Shown here: positions 9,981 to 22,248 of the stretch, piece by piece | Layout of the letters: each line of letters starts with the position of its first letter | Position numbering within the stretch: the first letter of the stretch is position 1 | DNA from: Yuukianura sp. NJ FZ-2021 | Lineage: Eukaryota | NCBI GenBank assembly: GCA_046563655.1 | Contig: CM102286.1 | Span: forward strand, 14,756,001-14,820,000 | Reading direction: 5' to 3' | Length of the DNA: 64,000 nucleotides | Notes under the pieces: generated by a model | Seen by the model: the letters and a program-made list of their open reading frames with translations, nothing else | Database searches by the model: none | Told to the model about the DNA's origin: nothing | Position numbers and translations under genes: made by a program

Positions 9981-11864
9981 TTAATCATTAATTTCCACTT
10001 GAAATTCGTCTGGTTCGAGGTACGAGTAAAAGAAGGGGTAGTCGTGACTGCGCAGACGCATTTGATGAAAGCTGTTTTGCATTAGTGGTTCTTTTGGTAA
10101 AACTTGTCCAGTCAAGTTACCCGAGGTCAGTGACCCCTTAAGGGTCCTGTGGTGGTCACAAACACCAAATCCACCTTCCACTTTCCTGAGGTGTCTCAGC
10201 ACTTTGAGTTGGGGGAACATGCCCATCACTTGGTTTAGTTCCGGAGAGAGACAGTCGGTTGCCATGGAAACCACGAGGAATTCCAGCTGAGGAATTTCAA
10301 TCGGAAGGCCATTTTCGTCTTTCCCCGGGAACATTTCTGTGAATTCTTGTGTACTTTCCGCAAAGGGGACGGAAATGAATGTGAGTGATTTCAAAGATGG
10401 CAGAACCGAACCAAATTTTTCAGATCCACCCTGACAACCAACAAAAAAAGTTTAAATTTTGAATTGTTTTCTGAAATTTTGAGTTGAGCCAATCAATTTC
10501 TCACCAGGAAGAGAAGTCGTAGGCTCATGACATCACGGGATCGAGTGGATATTTGGTCGAATGCCGATCTCTGCACAATACTCAACTCCTCCAGTACTGG
10601 TAATATTGGCATCGTATTCTTGCAAGTGATGTAGTCATCTCTAGGGTACAAAAATAGTTGGCAAATGCGCAAAGTTGTTGCGTATGACAACAGCGTTTTG
10701 GGCACGAAAGGTTCCCGCCTGTAATTGTTCTCTTGAACACAACTGTATTCGTCATGACTGTGACTCGTGACTGCCAAGTATGTGAGCGGCCTCGGAAGAG
10801 GGGTTAAACGAATATAATTAATGAGATTGACACGAAGTCCTTCTAATCTGCGCAGTGCAAGGTCATCGAGGTCACAAATACTTTCGAGAGCTTTCAAGCA
10901 CGAGCGGACTTTGTATCTATGGCAATCCAAATGTAGAAGGAACAGTGGATACGAAGTCAAGTCCAAAAAGCGAAGTCGCTTTTCGAATACTTTGAAAAAG
11001 TGAATGTAGGATTCCGGTGTCCATTGCTCCGGATACTCATGAGCAGTCTGCAGACAAACAAGACAAACTAAATTTTTAAACAGGTGATTTTTCGTCAAAT
11101 TTGGAACGTTTTGGAAATTTTAGTTAAATTTAGAAAATTACAATTATGGCTTCTGCGTGTTCATGTTTTACAAAAAGGCGGAATCCAAGTGACTGGAAAG
11201 TTGGCGGGAGTTTGAGATTGAGCGGGAGACTTTGAACTGCTTCGTCCGTGGAGTTGACCAGCACAAGAGCGAGTTTGCGCAGATGATTGGTTTGTGCCAA
11301 AATGCTGACGAGGAATCCAGCATCTCCAGCATCCCGCAGCATCAGCTCCAAGTACAGTTCAGTTGTGATGTTGGTCGTTGCGAGGGGACGCAGCAACATT
11401 TTCGAAATGCAATCAACGTACAACTCGCAGTTTTTCTGTGTAGCGTATGATTTGAATTGGTCAATGGTACGGCTGATAGGGTCTTTGTCGGGTACATAGG
11501 AGTGGTGGTAGAGTCTGTCGCATGGCCAAGGATATTTCATGAGCAGAGACAGTTTGAGTGTGTGTCTGATGTGATGTTTGGCTAAAAATTGCGCAACTTC
11601 TTCCAAATTTGCAAGTGAAGAGGGTTCATGTGCCACGAGAACTTTGTTGCTGAAGGCCCTCCCCCCTGCGAAGGCCCAACTTTTGCACACGAATCTCGCT
11701 GATTTTAAATCAACCAAATCCAAGTAACTCAACACTTCTTCCAAAACCTGAAAAATACAAACATTATTTTGAAATTTACTAAGAAAACGAAGAAGTTTTG
11801 GTTTGAAAATTTCAATTTCTACCTCCAGAGTACTGTTGAACTTTTCCTGAACACTCGATTCCAT
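9981..11864 (-). CDS. F-box protein gene copy B (apparently intact)
   Basis: ORFs 11130-11873, 10493-11098 and 9981-10394 form exons homologous to copies A and C; N-terminal F-box motif; no insertion seen. Confidence 0.8.
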
Positions 11865-12170
11865 CTCCACCACATCTCCAAAATGAAGAAACGGATTTAA
11901 AATTTCAATTTTTATTTTGAATTAAAAGAATTTTGGAAAAATGGTTTCATTCTTAGTTTCTGAGAAAGTTTCCTTCTCCTTGTATTCACTTTCCATTTCA
12001 AACGAAAATCAATAACTTTCTCTACAAGGGCTAATCTAATCCACTGAATCTGCAGATTCCCGTTACTTTTTAATTAATTGTTAAGGAGTAAAATTGGCGA
12101 TGCCAGATAAACAAACACAGGCGGACAAAGTCAAACCAGTAAGTACCTTTCGTTATCGTTACTTAAAAAA

Positions 12171-14251
12171 CTAATCACCATTCTCTATTTGAAATTCAGA
12201 TTCAGAATCGTGTGGTTGTACGTAAAAGTGAAAGAATGGGTAGTCGTGACTGCGCAGACGCAGTTGGTGGAAACTGTTTTGCATGAGCGGTTCTTTTGGT
12301 AGAACTTGTCCAGTCAAGTGACCCGAGGTCAGTGACCTCTTAAGGGTCCTCTGGTGGTCACAAACTCCAAATCCACCTTCCACTTTCCTGAGGTGTCTCA
12401 ACACTTTGAGTTGGGGGAACATGCCCATCACTTGGCTCAGTTCCGGAGAGAGACAGTCGGTTGCCATGGAAACGACGAGGAATTCCAGCTGAGGAATTTC
12501 AATCGGAATGCCATTTTCGTCTCTCCCGGGAAAAATTTCTGTGAATTCTTGTGTGCTTTCCACAAACGGGACGGAAATGAAGGTGAGTGATTTCAAAGAT
12601 GGCAGTACTGAACTAAACTTTTCAGATCCACCCTGAAAACCAAAAAAAGTTATGAAAAAGTCTGAAATTTTGAATTGTGCCGATGCTGACCAGAAACAGA
12701 AGTCGGAGGCTCATGACATCGCTGTGTCGAATACAAGTTTCGTCCCATGCCGACCTCTGAACAATACTCAACTCCTCCAGCACTGGCAATATTGGCATCG
12801 TATTCTTGCGAGTGCTGGATTCGTCGTGGTATGGGTACAAAAATAGTTGGCAAATGCGCAAAGTTGTTGCGTATGGCAACAGCGTTTTCGGAACGAATGG
12901 TTCAACTCTGAAATTGTCAAAATGGTCTCTGAAATCAGCTCCACTGTATTCGTCATGACTGAAACTTGTGACTGCCAAGTATTTGAGCGGCCTCGGAATA
13001 GGGGTCAAAGTGATAAAATTGGACAAGTGGACGCGTAAGCCTTCAAAACTGGCAAGTGCAAAATCGTGACGCTCACAAATTGTAACCAGTGCTTTGATAC
13101 AAGAATTTCTTTTGTCGAAGTCATCCAGACAAAGGCAAATCGGATACGAAATACAGTCGAGAAAACGCAATCGTTGCTGAAACGCCATAAAAAAGTGAAC
13201 GTAGGATTCCAGTGCCAATGTTGCAGGATAATAATGATTACTCTGTACAAAAAAATGACAAAGGATAATAACAGTATTTGCGAATTTTTGAATGAAAACT
13301 TTTTTTTTTTTAGAAAGTTACAAATAGTGTTTCTAGGTGTTCCGGTTTTACACAAACTCGAAATCCGAGTGACTGGAAAGTTGGCGGGAGTTTGAAATTG
13401 AGCGGGAGACTTTGAACTGCTTCGTCCGTGGAGTTGACCAGCACAAGAGCGAGTTTGCGCAGATGAGTGGTGTGGGTCAAAATGCTGACGAGGAATCCAG
13501 CATCTCCAGCATCCCGCAGCATCAGTTCCAAGTACAGTTCAGTTGTGATGTTGGTCGTTGCTAGGGGCTGCAGCAACATTTTTGAAATATAATCCAAGTA
13601 CAACTCACAGTTTTTCTGTGTAAAGTATGATTTGAAGTGGGCAATGGTACGGTTGGTCGGGTATTGGCCACCTTATATCGGAGTGTAGGGTCAATGCCAT
13701 TGCATAAAAAAAGACATCAACAGAAAAGACATCAACAACGCAAACACATCAACAATGAAAACAAATCAGACATCAACTTCCTAACCTAACCAACCTAACT
13801 TTGCAGTGCTGATGCCTTTTTTGTTGATGTCTTTTGTGTTGATGTGTTTTCTGTTGATGTCTTTTTTTATGTAATGGCGTGCTTCGGGAGTCGTGGTAGT
13901 TTCTGTGACATGACCACGGGAATTTCATGAGCAGAGACAGTTTGAGTGTGTGTCTGATGTGATGTTTGGCTAAAAATTGCGCAACTTCTTCCAAAGTTGC
14001 GAGGGACGAGGGTTCATGTTCCACGAGAACTTTGTTGCTGAAGGCCCTCCCCCCTGCGAAGGCCCAATTTTTGCACACGAATCTCGCTGATTTCAAATCA
14101 AACAAATCCAGATAGCTCAATACTTCATCCAAAACCTCAAAAATACAAACATTATTTTGAAATTTACTAAAAAACGAAAATGTTTTGGCTTGAAAATTTG
14201 AATTTTTACCTCCAGATTCATGTTGAACTTTTCCTGCACACTTGATTCCAT
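12171..14251 (-). pseudogene. F-box protein gene copy C, exon 2 interrupted by a small MITE
   Basis: Same exon series; ORF 13773-14132 runs into the repeat and stops; homology resumes in another frame (13310-13603). Confidence 0.65.
13690..13885. mobile_element. Palindromic MITE with ACATCAAC subrepeats and CCTAAC core
   Basis: GCCATTGCATAAAAAAAGACATCAACAGAAAA vs TTTTCTGTTGATGTCTTTTTTTATGTAATGGC; absent from copies A and B. Confidence 0.75.
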
Positions 14252-14460
14252 CTCACTTCCAAAAAAAAAATGAAACAACCGCTTCAAAATTTCGCCTTTT
14301 TTGTATTTCGTAAAACTAGTGTTATTTTTAGTTTTTGAGGAACTTTCCCTCTCCTTGTGCTCATTTTCATTTCAAATGAAAATCAATAACTTTCTCTACA
14401 AGGCTTGTCTAATCCACTGAATCTGCCGATTCGTGTTGCTGTTCACTTTTTAAATATGTT

Positions 14461-14560
14461 GGTGTTGTAACATTGATCCGAAGGCTCGTCCAAGTTCTAC
14501 GGAGCTCACTGAATATTTTGAACGTTTTACCTTAGGAAAACAAAAAATTAAATTATTAGA
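14461..14560 (+). pseudogene. Decayed copy of the RTK terminal exon
   Basis: AACATTGATCCGAAGGCTCGTCCAAGTT is identical to the stretch starting at ~6464, and similarity continues to the TAG. Confidence 0.75.
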
Positions 14561-15159
14561 TTAATTAAAGAAAAAGGTAAGAAAGAGGGAAAAAAGTGTT
14601 TTTCAAAAACTTGTACGTTTGTTTTTCATCAAAAATAAAACGTGTCACAAAACATTAGTTTGGCTATGCTAATCTGGTCCGTTTTAAAAATAGAAAACAT
14701 CTTTAGAAATTTGGCTAAACCAGAGCGACGTAAAAACGTTTCTTTCATGTCTTTCTTTCCTCGTTTCGCTGTTTTTGTTTTCAAAGTTTCAAAATTTTGA
14801 ACAGTGCCGGAAAAAACAAGTTTGTTGATGCCAAAATATTCTTCGTCGAATTTTGACACGTGCCGGGTAGTACGTGACTCCCAGAAATTGTTTATGCAAC
14901 TCAAATTTTTTGGGATAAACAGAAATGGCCATGAAAAAATTAACGATTTTGTTTGCCACGAATTTTGCGACGTCTGGTCAGCCATGGGGCATATAAAAGC
15001 GACAACTTTCTTCACTCAGAGTATCCAGACACAACAAACCAACAGTAAGCGAGACAGCTTTGGAAAATTAAAAACCAAAATTTTGAAACACAATTTTCGA
15101 GAAAAATTTTTTTGAAAAACTCAATTTTCAAGTTAAACTGAGACTTTTCGAAAAGAACA

Positions 15160-15738
15160 ATGGTGAGTTAGTAGCAAAAAAAAATAAAATTTAAATTAGA
15201 ATTTTTAATTTGAAGAAAAAATATTAAAAGAGTTTTTGGATTTTTAAATTTCAGGACCGCGGAATGGCAACTGAGAAGACAAATTGTAAGCAAACTTTGA
15301 AAAAACTTTTCAAAATACTTTGCAAAACCAAAATTTTATCCTTTTAAAAAAAAATTTTTTTTTCACTAGTGATGCGGAACACGTTCCGCCGTAACTCTTC
15401 AACGGACCATGGGCGAGAGGTGATTGATCGTCGTCAGATGCTAACAATTTTTGGCAGGATGGGCCAACCCGTTGACGAAGTAGAGCTGAACAAGTACTTG
15501 GACATGCTGGACTCGGACAGTAACATTCTTAGCTAAAAACTCAAAATTTTTAAATTTTCTAAAAATTTAAACTCAAAATTTAAAACTTCATTTTCCAGAT
15601 TCTGGCTACTTGGATTTTGATGGCTACAGCAAAGTTTGTGACAAATTTGTGAGGGATCCTGCTGCTTTGGCGAAATTCAAAGGCGACGAATTTGCTTTCA
15701 AGCATTTGATCACCCTCAATGATTTTGAAAATCCTTGA
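15160..15738 (+). CDS. Small single-lobe EF-hand protein (troponin C N-lobe-like), copy 1
   Basis: Exons ATG-only 15160-15162, 15255-15285, 15370-15519, 15599-15738; IFGRMGQPVDEVELNKYLDMLDSDNSGYLDF resembles arthropod TnC MGQPF...VDxDxSGxLEF. Confidence 0.75.
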
Positions 15739-16902
15739 ACACAATTTCAAATTTTGCATGTTTTATACCAAAGTGGAAGCTACTTGTATGAAGTAGTTAG
15801 CTTTTTAGTGTATCTTAGGCTTCAAATGTCATTTTTAAATGGTACATACTCAATAAAGAATTTGTGTGGCGCCAAACAATGTCAGTTTTCAAAAAAAGTG
15901 TTCTTTTTAACAAAAATATTATACATCACAAATCATTTTTTTCAAAACCGCGAACTTTCAAATTTTTCTAAAGTGTGGTTCACTTAATCCTGTTCTGGCA
16001 CAAAACAATAATGTAATTTTTATAGTTTTAGCTATAAATCTTAAAAGTAAAGAAAAACTCTAAAAATCTCTCGAATCCAGAACACTTCCAGAACACAATT
16101 TCAAAATTTGAAATCAAAATTTTAAAAAGACGTATAATGAGTAATTTTAATTTGCAGAGGAAGACAAAATAATTTGGCTAGCAACCATAGCAGTCGGGTC
16201 ACTAGTCTCGCCAAATTTTGTCCGAATTGCAAATTCTTGCAAAAATTGGCAAACGGTCATGATCTCACTTGTGATCTCTCAGATCTAAAATCTTTAGAGG
16301 CATAATTCAATATCCTGTTTTGAAAAAACAGTTTAAAAAAACAGTTTTCTAAAATCAGTAAACCCCATTCATCACTCTCCTCCATTCCAAAATTAGACTG
16401 CTGTTCAAACAAGAAACTTCTAGACCCCAATTTTCTAAAAATGGAAGCAGTTTTAGAACAGAGGGGAAGAAACGGAGACTTCTTGAAAGTCTACGGCGTA
16501 AATGTAATGCGTTTTAAAAAAAAGTTTTAGAACAAGCGTTAATGTTGGATTGCAAGCAGATGGGAAACGGAGCCTAAGAATAGATACCGGAAAACCATCC
16601 GCACACACACTCTTCGCATTCATTTAGCACAAAATTTCTTCTCAACTGACTTTTTCTAAACTGAACTCACTTTTTCTAAACAGAACTGATTTTTTTAAAA
16701 CAGATTCTGAATATTTACGCACTCCGGAACTTGGTCTCCACCCACTCTTTCGGAAAAATCTGAACTATTTAAAGGACTTTGGACACTCCAGACATGGCGA
16801 CAATCCGGAAAACGACATCCTTCAAACCACAAGCAGAGCAAAATTAAGTTATTTTTTTGAAATTTTGTAAAAATTTTGAAAATATTGAAAACACTTTTGA
16901 AA

Positions 16903-17479
16903 ATGGTGCAAACCAAGGTAAGCCGATTTTCCAAAAGTGAATTATGACATTTGTTTTCAGAGTTTAAGCGGTACCAACATCTTGAAAAAAAATATATATT
17001 TTGTTTATTTTAGGTTTCCGACGCTGAGCGGGAGCAACGTTAGTTCCGACTTTTACTAAACGAGATTTTGAATACAAAAATTTTGAAAATTTGGAATTGA
17101 ATTGAAAATTTTGAAATTTTAGTAATCCAGAAAACTTTTCGGAGAGACTCATTAAATTCCGAAGGTGTTGAGGTGATTGAAGCCTGGAGAATTCCGGGTA
17201 TTCTGGGCCAAATGGGGCAACCGTTTGAGCAAAATCAACTGGAAGCTGCGATCAAGAGACTAGACCCTGCTGGTAATTAATATAAATAAGAATATATTAT
17301 AATAATTAATATATTATAATATAAAATGTAAATTTTTAGGATCTGGGAAGTTGGATGAGGCAGCATATCATAAGCTGTGTGACGAATTTGTGACTGACCC
17401 AGCAGCTTGTGCCAAATTCCAGGGAGACGAATTTGCTTTTAAGCATCTCATCAACCTCAACGACTTTGCAAAACCATAA
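16903..17479 (+). CDS. Small single-lobe EF-hand-like protein, copy 2 (start uncertain)
   Basis: Exons ~17014-17038, 17123-17271, 17340-17479: ILGQMGQPFEQNQLEAAIKRLDPAGSGKLD...KFQGDEFAFKHLINLNDFAKP. Confidence 0.7.
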
Positions 17480-18145
17480 AATAGTTTATGAATTCTGTCT
17501 AAAATAAACACTACTTTTCACTAAAAAATACATCAAAAAAACAAGTTTTATGACGCCCAAATTCCTTAAGCCGTTTCAACTTCTGACAATAAAACAAAGC
17601 ATCTTTAACTTTTAGCACCGCATGTCTCTCGTCACTCATGTTTAATTTTTTTTACCATGCAAATTTCAATTTCAGTTGACAAAAAAAGGCGGCGACAAAT
17701 TTTGGTTTTTTGGATTTTATCAAAAATGGTAGTCTTTCCATAGTTTAATTTTGAGTTAGACATTTTGTTTCAAAATTTGGAAGTTCAGTAGAGTCAAATT
17801 TAGCTGCGTAATGAATCATGTTCTTTGATTTTAGTGTCAAAATTAGTCAGAAATTGATTCGGATGTACCAAAAAAGTCAAGGTGGAGACGAAGTCGTTGC
17901 CTCCTCCCGGATTCGGTTACGTTCCGCCTAGATGGCAACATTTTAAAAAAAGTGTATTTTTAGAACAAGCTAAGCTTCTTTTTTTTAAAAGTGAGCAGCG
18001 TCTACCGTTTGTTTAAAGTTGCGAGGATCACCTTCCAGTTACCTCTAGACATCGTCTATAAAGCTAAGGAAATCTTGCCAAACCCTCACAGTTAGTTACT
18101 TCCTCTGTTCAAAAACACAAAAAAGTGAAAGTTTGTTCAAACAAG

Positions 18146-18611
18146 ATGGTACGACTTCAAAATTCCAATTTCCATTTTTAAAACTTTCAAATTTCAAAAT
18201 TGACCACATTTTTTTAACTTCAGGCAAAAGAAGCTGGACGGAACGAATTTCGGAGGGCGTCTGCCGTTATTCACCACGTTGAAAAAATTGATGCCAACAA
18301 AGTCGAAGGAATTCTGGGTTTGCTGGGTCAACCGTTTGACCAGAAAGCCTTAACTGCACGTTTGATAGCATTACAAGATGGTAAGTGAACTTCAAATTTT
18401 CGAAAAACGTTTTTTTCAAAATTTTGTTTTTTTTTTCTTCAAAATTTGGAAACTGTTTTATAACTTAACAGAAGAGGGACGCCTTGACTTCACGAACTAC
18501 ACGAAGATCATGGATGAATTTGTGGTGAAGGATGAAGCAATTGAGAAATATGCCGGAGATGAATTTTCCTATAAACATCTTATTAACAGAAACGACTTTT
18601 CAACGCCTTAA
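18146..18611 (+). CDS. Small single-lobe EF-hand-like protein, copy 3
   Basis: ATG-only exon 18146-18148, exons 18224-18380 and 18472-18611: ILGLLGQPFDQK...EGRLDF...KYAGDEFSYKHLINRNDFSTP. Confidence 0.72.
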
Positions 18612-18895
18612 AATTTTGAAAATTAAAACCAACTTTTCGAAAAGTTTTTGAAAAACTCAAATTCATAATGCGTGTCTTCTTAGCACAATGTACTATGCCT
18701 AAATTTTCATTATTGTACTTATTCAATTTCTCAGCCACTGCCTACTACACAATTTAATAAAACTAAAATTTACAAGTAACGAGTACTACTTTTGGTCTCT
18801 CGTGTGTCAAGTCTTTCGAAATTTGAAAGTTAAAGTTTCAAAAAACAGTTTTTTCAAAGTAAAATTTCGAGTTTTAAAAATTTTGTGTTAAAATT

Positions 18896-20586
18896 TTAGA
18901 CTATGGTTAGTTGTCGGTCGGATTCTCCGTACTTGTCTCTGTGTTCGTAAAATAAATTTTGTAAGGCCTCAACATATTTAGAGTGAAGTTGATCCACTTC
19001 CTCAGTAGTTGGATTCAGATTTTGCTCAAATACCAAAGGCGCTCCAACTGAAATTTCAAAATTTTGAGAAAACGTTGGATTTTTAAATTTTTAACTTCAA
19101 ATTTTTGCCTTACCGACAGTGATAAGTCTATGACTTTTGGGAATTAGGTTCTTAAGTGTGATGACTGGAAGTCCGAATTGTTTCAAAATAAAGTTTTGCA
19201 GTTTTCGTAAAGTCGAACCTTCCGGATTGGCCCATTGGTCTGCAATGTCGTTCTCACCAAACGTAAAAACAGGAACAAGCGGAGAACTGAAATTCACAAA
19301 ATTTTGAAGTTAACTTTTTTGAAATTTTTCAAAATTTCTTTTCCAGTTTTCATGCCAAAAGTACCCGCACTGAAGCGCCACGCGTACAAATCCTTTTCGT
19401 CGACTCAGATGTATTACGTACGTGTTTGGATGAGCATCAAGCACTGTAAAAAGATTATCGTGGACCCAAAAAATAATTGAAATTTTTTGTTTCCAAAAAA
19501 AAATTTGTGTAAAAAAAATTCATACTTTCTGGACGGCCTCCTATGGATAACACTGGAGCATTTCCGCCTTTTGCATCACTCAGCACATGACGAAGGCTTT
19601 GTTCCGAGGCGGAAATGGCTCCTGAAATTTAAAAATAGAAAAAATGAACTTAAAAAAAGTTTATCATAAATTTTATAAAAATTTTACCCGCGACATTTAT
19701 TAAAAATTCACGATGAATTGGAAAGTAAAAATGCTGGCGCACAGTGACAACGTAAGGACGAATTCCTGGAAACAACTTTCCAACACCAGTGGCCTCTGTG
19801 CTAAAGTTCAACCCACCACCTACCATAACAATAATATAATAATTACAATAATAAAATAATAATAATATATTATATAACTAAATATGTAATTACTTCAAGA
19901 TCACATTGATTTACAACGAAAAAAAACTTTTTCTACACCAGGTTGTCCAATAACTGGAAGTTTTATGTTTAAAAATAGCAAATCTGCCTTTTATGCTAAT
20001 TTTTTTTGTATGTAATGTAAATGGGATAGGTACAGAATCTGTGCAGAAATTTGTTTGAAGTAGGATTTTTGGAAAGCTGAGTTATTGGACAACCTGTTGT
20101 AGAAATTACAATTCGGTTGTGAAGGAACCTTGATTTACAAGGTCATTGACTTTCTTACCGACTGGAATGATTCCATGGGGATGGAGACAGAGGAGATAGT
20201 TTTTAGCAGGATCCAAATCAGCAGTTTTGACCAGTTTCACTGGAAAGTACTCTGCAATTGTTTTGAAAATTGAAAATTCCCGCGCTTTTTCAAACCATCT
20301 TCCGCCGTTTTCCGGGGTTTTTGAATCGTAGATCATCCATGCTAAGTAGAGTAACGTCACAAGGCCATAGTTAGTAAAACAAAGAATGTAGAGCAACAGG
20401 AGAGGCCATACAAGAAGGAACAGTGCAGGAACTACTAGCAACAACACTATCTGCAAACATAATCATCAAAATTATATATTTTAATTAATATTATAATATA
20501 ATACATTTATACTAAACTTTTGCCACTAATCTTTGACTTACAATTTTGGATTTCGTGGGTGTGGAAAATTGATGAGTTTGGTCCAT
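18896..20586 (-). CDS. MOGAT/DGAT2-family acylglycerol O-acyltransferase
   Basis: HPHG motif (YFPVKLVKTADLDPAKNYLLCLHPHG), NFSTEATG, LVPVFTFGEND; multi-exon. Confidence 0.88.
19896..20132. mobile_element. Degenerate MITE of the CAAGG/AACCTTG family in MOGAT intron
   Basis: CAGGTTGTCCAATAA / TTATTGGACAACCTG inverted pair and GGAACCTTG right end. Confidence 0.55.
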
Positions 20587-22126
20587 AATTTAAGTCAGTT
20601 TAAAAGATGGTTTTAGTCCAGAAATAGGAACGGCACTAAAAACTCTTCTCAAAAATGCTGACTGGAATCCCACACAGGAAATTCTGCAACTTTTGGAAAT
20701 AAGTTGATTCATAATGAGATTGCACAACCTTCGTGTTTAATGTGAAATTTTTTGCAACATTCAAGAGTTAAATAGCGAAGTTGAGTTTCTGGATATACAC
20801 TTTCTCATATCGATTTTAGGAAAAATAGAGAACTGGGTCAAAACAGAAAAGCGGCGTAATACATGTGCGTCATTCGTATTTAGTAAAACGCTGTTTTTCC
20901 TCTCCAGTGTCAAAATCCAAAGATATTTGACAAGTTTTGATAAGTTTAACTCATGCAGATAAGGAAGTTTTCTATTTTTGAAATCTAGTTTACTAAGGAT
21001 TTCAAAATTCCAGTTTCTCTGAAATTTTCTAAGAAGTTTTTAATGTTTTAGCTTCCTCGTTCATGCCCTCTGGCATTACATCGTTCCGTTACAAATGTCG
21101 TTTTCACTTTACAATCGGTAGAGGGAGATTCAATCAGAAAAGCAAAAGCGTTTGTACAATTTACTGTTTTTTTTAAATAAAAATTTTTATAAAATTTTGA
21201 GCTCCATTTTCACCAAAAACAGGGAAAGTAAAATAAGCATAATTTAAAACTAAAAAGACTTTGTCTTTTCTTATGTCCACTTTGAAAGTTTACTGAATTT
21301 ATACTTTTTAGTTAGTAGCAGTCGTGATTCGTGAATCCAACACTCATTGCCAAAAATTTATTAAATCTTGCAAAATTTAGCAAATATTTTTTGTTTTTTT
21401 AACCTCTATGTCTCACTTCTTAAATTCACTTAACTGTAACGCTACTAACTCGAGTCTCAATTTAGTAATTTTGCAATAGAATTGCTGAAGTTCCCTTATT
21501 GGGGCATCAGCATCAACTGTACAAATGGACCTTCATGGACGGAAATTTCTGAACCGCTACGCTACTGGTAGACCTATTTCTTTTTATGGACGGATTTTTG
21601 TGAACCGGAACCTTGAAGCCTCGGAGTTTGTGAAACAATTTGGTCTAAACATGGGTTCTATAACTGAATATTCCTTAGTTGTCGTCTTTCCGTCTTCCGT
21701 CCATGGACGTATCTGTGCATGTGGATCCGTCCATGCCCTTCCCAGCCCCCTTATCACCCACTCACCATTCACCACTTCCAGTTTAGTAAAGTTGTAGTGC
21801 CTGTGTGCACTTGAGCTAAGTGTAGTAAAGTATTTGACGTGGGTTTTGGTTGAGGGAGGCTTCGTTAAGTTGAGGAAGATCCACACTCTGCCCAACCATT
21901 GCCAGTCTCTCGTAGAAATCCGATCTGCCACCACATCCCTCACACATCAGCTCCCAAAAATACTCAAAATCTCAGAGTGGGTGGAAGAATGTGCTATAGT
22001 CACTGACTCAAGCGTCTTCTGTCTCCTCAAACCCACAGTTACAATTTCCAGACGCAAAACTTTTACAATTTGCAACTGCAAACTTTTTTTGGCTTTGAAA
22101 AAAACCATTTCCGTCCAAGGTCACCT

Positions 22127-22222
22127 TGAAACTGAAACTTTTTCAGTGAAACTTTAAAAATTTCTGCTGAATTCCAACTTTTTCAGTGAAACTGTAAAAT
22201 TTCCGCTGAATTCTGACTTTTA
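22127..22222. repeat. ~39-bp tandem duplication just upstream of kindlin ATG
   Basis: ACTTTTTCAGTGAAACT..AAAATTTC.GCTGAATTC present twice. Confidence 0.6.
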
Positions 22223-22248
22223 GTGCACCCTTCTTATTGTGATCAATC

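Noticed and set aside
13700..13870. CRISPR-like or coding HQQK repeat array
   Set aside because: Subrepeats are inverted around a centre with no unique spacers; eukaryotic MITE
14629..15115. Overlapping 128-aa and 103-aa ORFs
   Set aside because: No homology cues; the region looks like the promoter/5' UTR (TATA-like CATATAAAAG at ~14990) of the first EF-hand gene
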